DNA of 64,000 nucleotides from Candidatus Heimdallarchaeota archaeon (GTDB lineage: Archaea; Asgardarchaeota; Heimdallarchaeia; Heimdallarchaeales; Heimdallarchaeaceae): positions 11,047 through 75,046 of the forward strand of contig DAOVET010000003.1 in the NCBI GenBank assembly GCA_030668825.1, read 5' to 3'. The notes beneath the pieces were generated by a model. The model made no database searches, had not been told where the DNA came from, and was given only the letters and a program-made list of their open reading frames with translations. The position numbers and the translations under genes are program-made. Positions within the stretch are counted from its first letter, which is position 1. Each line of letters starts with the position of its first letter. Positions 58,968 through 64,000 of the stretch are shown here, piece after piece.

Positions 58968-59687
58968 TTAACCATTTTTTAATAGAAGAAAGAAATTATC
59001 TTTTCCACCCCTTCCTCCTAGTTTGGCAAAATCAATAACTTTGTAGTTTGCTGCTGAAACAATTTTCAGTAATTCTTTCTTACCGAATAGATGATAATAC
59101 CTTTCGGCTATTAGCTCTTTTTTCTCATTATACCAAGGAAGATAAATATCCCCGTGACGCCACAGTCGATTTTTACTTTTCTTAAAGAAATATAAAAGAA
59201 AATCAGAGACTATCTTCTTTCGGGTTCCTTTCTTCCATTTTTTCCAGCAGGATAATATTAGAAACCCTTCTTGTTTCAGAATTTTAGAGATATTTCTAAG
59301 CACAAGTAACACTTCATCTTCATTTCTAAAATGATGTATTGTAGCGATACACAATGATAGATCAACCGACCTTTCCTTCAAAGGAATTGAGTTTGCATTG
59401 TTGTTAAGAGGGTAGACTGTGTTGTGTTCTAGAATAACTCTTGAGTTTAATAGCTCAAATGATATATCTGATGCTATGTGTTGCCAGCTTTGAGATTCAA
59501 AAAGCAAGAGATTTCTTGCATTTCCACTTCCAATATCAAGTGATATTCCCTCTGTAGGTAGTGAAAAACGTTTTTTTATGGATTCTAAATATCTCTGAAA
59601 ATCTTTCCATGGTTTTTTCTTTAGACTACTGTACCTTGGAGAGATTTTTTTGTATGCTTCTATCAATTCAAAATCCAAATCTGACAA
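58968..59687 (-). CDS. Trm9/ALKBH8-like SAM-dependent methyltransferase
   Basis: DIGSGNARN, IATIHH, GDIYLPW, RYYHLF...EL. Confidence 0.8.
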   Translation of the reverse strand: MSDLDFELIEAYKKISPRYSSLKKKPWKDFQRYLESIKKRFSLPTEGISLDIGSGNARNLLLFESQSWQHIASDISFELLNSRVILEHNTVYPLNNNANSIPLKERSVDLSLCIATIHHFRNEDEVLLVLRNISKILKQEGFLILSCWKKWKKGTRKKIVSDFLLYFFKKSKNRLWRHGDIYLPWYNEKKELIAERYYHLFGKKELLKIVSAANYKVIDFAKLGGRGGKDNFFLLLKNG

Positions 59688-59813
59688 TGTATGAACAATA
59701 AGGTGCGGTGCTTTATCAATTTTCTTTTTTCTTCACTCCATTCAACCAAATGAGAAATTTTATATATTTACTTATCTTTACTCAAAATGAGGGAATAATT
59801 AATTCGTCTCCTG

Positions 59814-60773
59814 GTGAAAAAAATGAAAAAACTAAATGTAGCAGTAATAGGCACCGGTAGTTGGGGGAAAAATCATGCCCGTGTCTTCACTGAAATGGAC
59901 AATACAACCCTTGCTGGACTTTTTGATTTAGATCAAAAAAGAGCAAATGAAATAGCAAAATTATACAATACTAAACTCTATTCTAGCGTTGATGAGATAG
60001 TTAAGGATGAAAATGTTCATGCAATAACAATAGCATCACCAACTTCAACACATGCTAAGATTGCGATGCAAGCTATAGAAAACGGAAAGCATGTCTTAAT
60101 AGAAAAACCAATGACTAGTACCGTTGAAGAAGCAGAAAAGATAGTTGATTTGGAAAAAAGCTCAAATGTTGTAGTTTCAGTAGGCTTCATTGAACGATTT
60201 AATCCTATAGTATTCAGATCAAGAAAACTAGTTGAAAAAGAAGAATTAGGAGAACTTGTTCTAATCAGCGCAAGACGATTAGGTCCATATTGGCCAGATA
60301 GGTTGAAAGATGTAGATGTTATTCGAGATGTAAGTATTCATGATATAGATGCTTTTAGATATATTACTGACAAAGAACCTAAATCTGTCTATGCAAGAGG
60401 AGGAAAGCTAAGACATACTTATCTTGATTATGCTGAAATTTTGTTAGATTTTGGTAACGGAGTAACTGGTTTTATAGAATCAAACTATCTTACTCCTCAT
60501 AAACTAAGAAAGTTAAACTTAACTTGCGAAAAGGGTGTAGTTGAAGCAGATTATATAACGCAGGATTACTTAATTGAGGACGAAGAATGGTTGCGTAATA
60601 AGAAGCTTCAATGGAAAGAACCTCTAAGTGCAGAGATGCACGCGTTTGCAGAATCTTGTTTAGGAAATGCCCCACCTGTTATAACATCAATAGATGGATT
60701 AAAAGCTTTGAAAATCGCTATAGCTTCAATTAAAAGTATTGAAACACATCAAATAGTTGACTTAAATTTTTAA
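59814..60773 (+). CDS. Gfo/Idh/MocA-family oxidoreductase
   Basis: VIGTGSWGKNHARV, GKHVLIEKP, VGFIERFNP, DVSIHDID. Confidence 0.92.
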   Translation: MKKMKKLNVAVIGTGSWGKNHARVFTEMDNTTLAGLFDLDQKRANEIAKLYNTKLYSSVDEIVKDENVHAITIASPTSTHAKIAMQAIENGKHVLIEKPMTSTVEEAEKIVDLEKSSNVVVSVGFIERFNPIVFRSRKLVEKEELGELVLISARRLGPYWPDRLKDVDVIRDVSIHDIDAFRYITDKEPKSVYARGGKLRHTYLDYAEILLDFGNGVTGFIESNYLTPHKLRKLNLTCEKGVVEADYITQDYLIEDEEWLRNKKLQWKEPLSAEMHAFAESCLGNAPPVITSIDGLKALKIAIASIKSIETHQIVDLNF

Positions 60774-60815
60774 CATATTTTTAAAAAATAATAAAAAGGG
60801 AAGGAGATTTAGGTT

Positions 60816-62279
60816 TTATTTTAAGCCTAAGAATCCCGCTAATGCTGGAACAGTTTCACTTACTTGTTCGCTAGCAAATATCTCATAGTATTGACGGAGA
60901 ATACCCGTTGTTAGCAGAATACCTGTTCCCGTACCTAATGCACCTAGGAAATCCGCAAAGGCTGCTAGTACGCCTATGAAGAACCCTCCTAACCATGCAG
61001 CGGTTGGAATATATCTTTCTAGGTATCTTTCTACTATCCTTGGATTTCTTCTAAATCCAGGTATTTGCATATTCGCATCAAGTAATTGCTTCGCAACATT
61101 TTTTGAACTCATACCTGCCGTGTCTATCCAGATCCGTGAGAATATACCACAAAGCGCAATCATCAACACTAGGTAAATTATAGCATTTACTGGATACTGC
61201 GCTATCTGCTCAGGACCATATGGTGCCGTTGTATACGACGCCAAACCCGTTACAGGTGCTAATTGTTGGCTACCCGTACCACCTGATATGTCTTCCCACG
61301 TGCCAAAGAATCTTACCAGAAAATATTTTAGTCCAGATGCCGCACTTTTCCAATTATTCCACATCAAATTAGAAATGAAATAAATGTTTGCAAATAATGC
61401 ACTAACTAGAATTACTGGGATGTTTGATGTATAAAGGAATTTTATTGGGTAACGGGCTGGCATTTTATACTGACTGTGTTGTACCGGAATTTCAATCTTT
61501 ATGGAATCAACATAAATTACCACCGCAAATACAACAATCGTAGCTAATAGTCCAATCAAATCTGGCGTTCTACCTACTCGACTGAAAGGTGTTGATAAAG
61601 TAGCATTTGGATCATCGCTGAATATCGCTTGGAAGAATGCTAGAACACATCCTCTATACCAGTTAAATCCTCCAGAGGGTTCAGGACTAAGACTAAACAT
61701 TCCATCAAAGATATTGAAAGAAACACTTGCTGCAATAAAAAGACTGATACCACTTCCAAGTCCATAGCCTTTTTGGATTATTTCATCCATTAATAAAATA
61801 ATAAACCCAGCTACCAGTAATTGAACCAATATAAGTATTGAAGCTTCAAATCCGATATCTTCTCCATAAGCTCCACCTAAGATATAGGCAAGAGCCTCAA
61901 AGACTGTCATCAATATAGCTAGAATCTTTTGTGTTCCAGTGTATAATGCTCTTTCTTCAGGATTCGAGAAATCAACTTTGATGATTTGTGAACCCACAAG
62001 TAGTTGCATAATCAAACCAGCTGTAACTATAGGACCTATTCCAAGTTCAGCTAGACTTCCTCTTTGGGAAGCTAGAATTGCCCTCATCGCAAAGAATGGA
62101 TCGGTTCCTTCGTCAGAAGGTACTCCAACTAGAGGAATGTTTAACATCACTAAGTAAAGGGACAGTATTCCGAAAGTCCAGGCTATCTTCCTCTTGAAGG
62201 AAGGCTTCCTTGCAGGTTTTTTTACCTCTAAGGTAAAGCGTTGAAACGGTTTGAATAGTAGTAGAAACTTTGACGCCAT
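60816..62279 (-). CDS. secY: Preprotein translocase SecY/Sec61 alpha
   Basis: ELGIGPIVTAG, GLGSGISLFIA, YPIKFLYTSNIP, IPGFRR, GTGTGILL. Confidence 0.98.
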   Translation of the reverse strand: MASKFLLLFKPFQRFTLEVKKPARKPSFKRKIAWTFGILSLYLVMLNIPLVGVPSDEGTDPFFAMRAILASQRGSLAELGIGPIVTAGLIMQLLVGSQIIKVDFSNPEERALYTGTQKILAILMTVFEALAYILGGAYGEDIGFEASILILVQLLVAGFIILLMDEIIQKGYGLGSGISLFIAASVSFNIFDGMFSLSPEPSGGFNWYRGCVLAFFQAIFSDDPNATLSTPFSRVGRTPDLIGLLATIVVFAVVIYVDSIKIEIPVQHSQYKMPARYPIKFLYTSNIPVILVSALFANIYFISNLMWNNWKSAASGLKYFLVRFFGTWEDISGGTGSQQLAPVTGLASYTTAPYGPEQIAQYPVNAIIYLVLMIALCGIFSRIWIDTAGMSSKNVAKQLLDANMQIPGFRRNPRIVERYLERYIPTAAWLGGFFIGVLAAFADFLGALGTGTGILLTTGILRQYYEIFASEQVSETVPALAGFLGLK

Positions 62280-62548
62280 AAAACCACCGGTTCGATTTCA
62301 AACTCAATGGAGATGTTTCATTTATGAGTTTTTTTATGTATGTGTATCAAAAAGAAGCGATAAAAATAGGTGTGGGGGGTCACACCCTCTGTATTTATTA
62401 GTTTCAGCACAAATTAGGATTTCTATGGAACAAAGGTGATAATTTATTGGTTTCGGAATCTCATAAAAGCGCAATAAGATGAAAAAGAAACATTTTAAAA
62501 CAAAATAAATGAAGAATGAACGTAAGACATTCTTTGTCTATTTGAAAT

Positions 62549-62631
62549 GCCAGGATACTCAAGCGGTATGAGGCTAGATTGGAAATCTAGTGCCAGTAGG
62601 TTCCGGGGTTCAAATCCCCGTCCTGGCTCCA
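62549..62631 (+). tRNA. tRNA-Ser(GGA), CCA encoded
   Basis: GCCAGGA...CTAGA TT GGA AA TCTAG, type II variable arm, GGTTCAAATCC, TCCTGGC T CCA; precedes rps13. Confidence 0.93.
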
Positions 62632-62696
62632 TATCTACCTTTGATGTCTTTTCATCATTTTTGTCTTTGAAGCAAATACTTAAAAAAATCACTTAC

Positions 62697-62820
62697 GCTC
62701 TCAAGCTAAGGTCATTTGTGCAATTCAGAAAAATGTTAGAAAGCACAAGGCGAAGCTCGAAGGATAAAATCCTGATTCTGAACATTCAGAAATGAAGAGC
62801 ACCACAACTTCGGGTTGTGG
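62697..62820 (+). ncRNA. Putative structured RNA (multibranch fold plus UUCG-containing hairpin) between tRNA-Ser and rps13
   Basis: Stems GCTCT/AGAGC, AGCT/AGCT, TTGTGC/GCACAA, AGGAT/ATCCT, TTCTGA/TCAGAA, CCACAAC/GTTGTGG. Confidence 0.55.
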
Positions 62821-62848
62821 AATAAAAAAATACACAAGGAGTGAAAAT

Positions 62849-63292
62849 ATGTCATTTCGCCATTTAGTTAGGATAAAGTCTACAGATCTTGAAGGACATC
62901 TTCCTGTTTCTATGGGTCTTTCAAGAATAACTGGAGTTAGTAATCGATTAGCTCAAGCAATTGTAAAAACATTGAATATTCCTGCATCAGAACGTATTGG
63001 TTTTCTTACCGATATTAAAATAAAGGAAATAGAAACTGTCATCAGTGATCCCATCGCTGCTGGCATACCAGAATGGTTGGTTAATCGCAGGAAAGATCGT
63101 CAAACCGGTGGTAATATTCACATCACTGAAGCTCAACTTATTTTGCAAACCAAGCAAGATATTGAAAGATACATTCGTATACGAAGTCGTAGAGGAATCA
63201 GACACCAATTTAAGCTTAAAGTCAGAGGGCAAAAGACCCGAACCCATGGTAGCAAAGGTACTACGGTGGGTGTTTCAAAGAGGAGAAGGTAA
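62849..63292 (+). CDS. rps13: 30S ribosomal protein uS13 (start MSFRH at 62849)
   Basis: FRHLVRI..TDL.G, IPEWLVNRRKD, RGIRH..LKVRGQKTRT. Confidence 0.97.
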   Translation: MSFRHLVRIKSTDLEGHLPVSMGLSRITGVSNRLAQAIVKTLNIPASERIGFLTDIKIKEIETVISDPIAAGIPEWLVNRRKDRQTGGNIHITEAQLILQTKQDIERYIRIRSRRGIRHQFKLKVRGQKTRTHGSKGTTVGVSKRRR

Positions 63293-63302
63293 GGTGAAAT
63301 GA

Positions 63303-64000
63303 ATGGGTGGAATACGAAGACATAAAAAGAAAATTCTAACACCAGGTCATCCTTATGATAAAGATCGAATTGAACGAGAGTTACCATTAGTTGGCGAGTA
63401 TGGATTACGAAACAAGAAAGAATTATGGAAAGCTAGAACTTTATTATCAAAAGCTCGACAACAAGCTCGAGCTCTTCTAGCCCTAACACCTGAAGTTAGA
63501 GAACAAAGAGCAACTGAATTATTATCACGTTTAACTCGTTTCGGTATGCTTCCCCAAGGTGGAGATCTCGATTCTGTTCTAGCTTTGAATGTTAAAACAG
63601 TACTAAACCGCAGATTACAAACAGTTGTCTTTAGGAAAGGTTTAGCATCTTCTCCCTATCAAGCTAGACAATTTATTACACATAGACATATCGCTCTAAA
63701 TAGTGCGGTAGTTACAGCTCCTGGAATGCTAGTGAAAATAGACGAAGAAGAGCATATTGCTTATGCGCCAAGTTCTCCTTTAGTTAAACAAGATCATCCT
63801 TCAAGACCACAAGCACCACCAACTCAAGTTGAAGAACCGCCTAAAAAGAAAGAAAGTCCAAAGGGTAGAGGAAAGCCTAAACCTGAAGTTAAACCTAAAC
63901 CTGAAGTTAAACCTAAACCTGAAGTTAAACCTAAACCTGAAGTTAAACCTAAACCTGAAGTTAAACCTAAAGCTGAAGTCAAGGAAGTGCCTAAAGCTGA
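63303..64000 (+). CDS. rps4: 30S ribosomal protein uS4 with Pro/Lys/Glu repeat tail; runs off the window edge and is absent from the ORF track
   Basis: Manual translation MGGIRRHKKKILTPGHPY...YGLRNKKELWK...RRLQTVVFRKGLASSPYQARQFITHRHI. Confidence 0.96.
   Translation, partial: MGGIRRHKKKILTPGHPYDKDRIERELPLVGEYGLRNKKELWKARTLLSKARQQARALLALTPEVREQRATELLSRLTRFGMLPQGGDLDSVLALNVKTVLNRRLQTVVFRKGLASSPYQARQFITHRHIALNSAVVTAPGMLVKIDEEEHIAYAPSSPLVKQDHPSRPQAPPTQVEEPPKKKESPKGRGKPKPEVKPKPEVKPKPEVKPKPEVKPKPEVKPKAEVKEVPKA
63876..63983 (+). repeat. 18-bp tandem repeat (cctaaacctgaagttaaa), 5 perfect copies plus 1 degenerate, encoding PKPEVK in the uS4 tail
   Basis: Units start at 63876, 63894, 63912, 63930, 63948 and 63966. 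Confidence 0.95.

Noticed and set aside
62495-62795. ORFs of 65 and 82 aa
   Set aside because: They overlap tRNA-Ser and the structured spacer; no protein-like features.
62697-62820. Possible 5S rRNA (similar size)
   Set aside because: Lacks the conserved 5S loop sequences and has a different helix arrangement; kept only as an unknown structured RNA.
63876-63983. Perfect short direct repeats resembling a CRISPR array
   Set aside because: No spacers; 18-bp in-frame coding repeat within uS4; no cas genes in the window.

Overview
Archaeal chromosomal housekeeping region, AT-rich. Gene style suggests an Asgard (Heimdallarchaeia-like) archaeon; this is inference, not a database result. It is dominated by information-processing genes: TFE, Rpo4/Rpo11, Csl4, aIF2alpha, aRF1, SRP54, SecY, many tRNA/rRNA modification enzymes, AspRS, ValRS, Hef, PINA and over 20 ribosomal proteins. 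It also has scattered A/V-ATPase subunits and four tRNAs (Pro-CGG, Leu-TAA with intron, Ile-GAT with intron, Ser-GGA). The ORF track missed four genes: an M24 peptidase (partial), Nop10, uS14 and uS4 (partial). I found no CRISPR array, transposase, integrase or rRNA. Best second-look signals: (1) the S10/spc superoperon is broken into differently oriented blocks, and hand-foldable multi-stem leaders precede rps17, secY and rps13 (candidate undescribed cis-regulatory RNAs); (2) a hidden 423-bp-period duplication next to tRNA-Ile carries two paralogous unknown microproteins and a relic gene start; (3) there are candidate eukaryote-like or cytoskeletal proteins (a DPM2-like membrane protein, a membrane-anchored polyproline protein, a bactofilin-like pair); (4) two enzymes look catalytically degenerate (cupin PGI, TrmY); (5) several ribosomal proteins have long repeat-expanded charged tails. 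All family calls come from motif recognition by eye.
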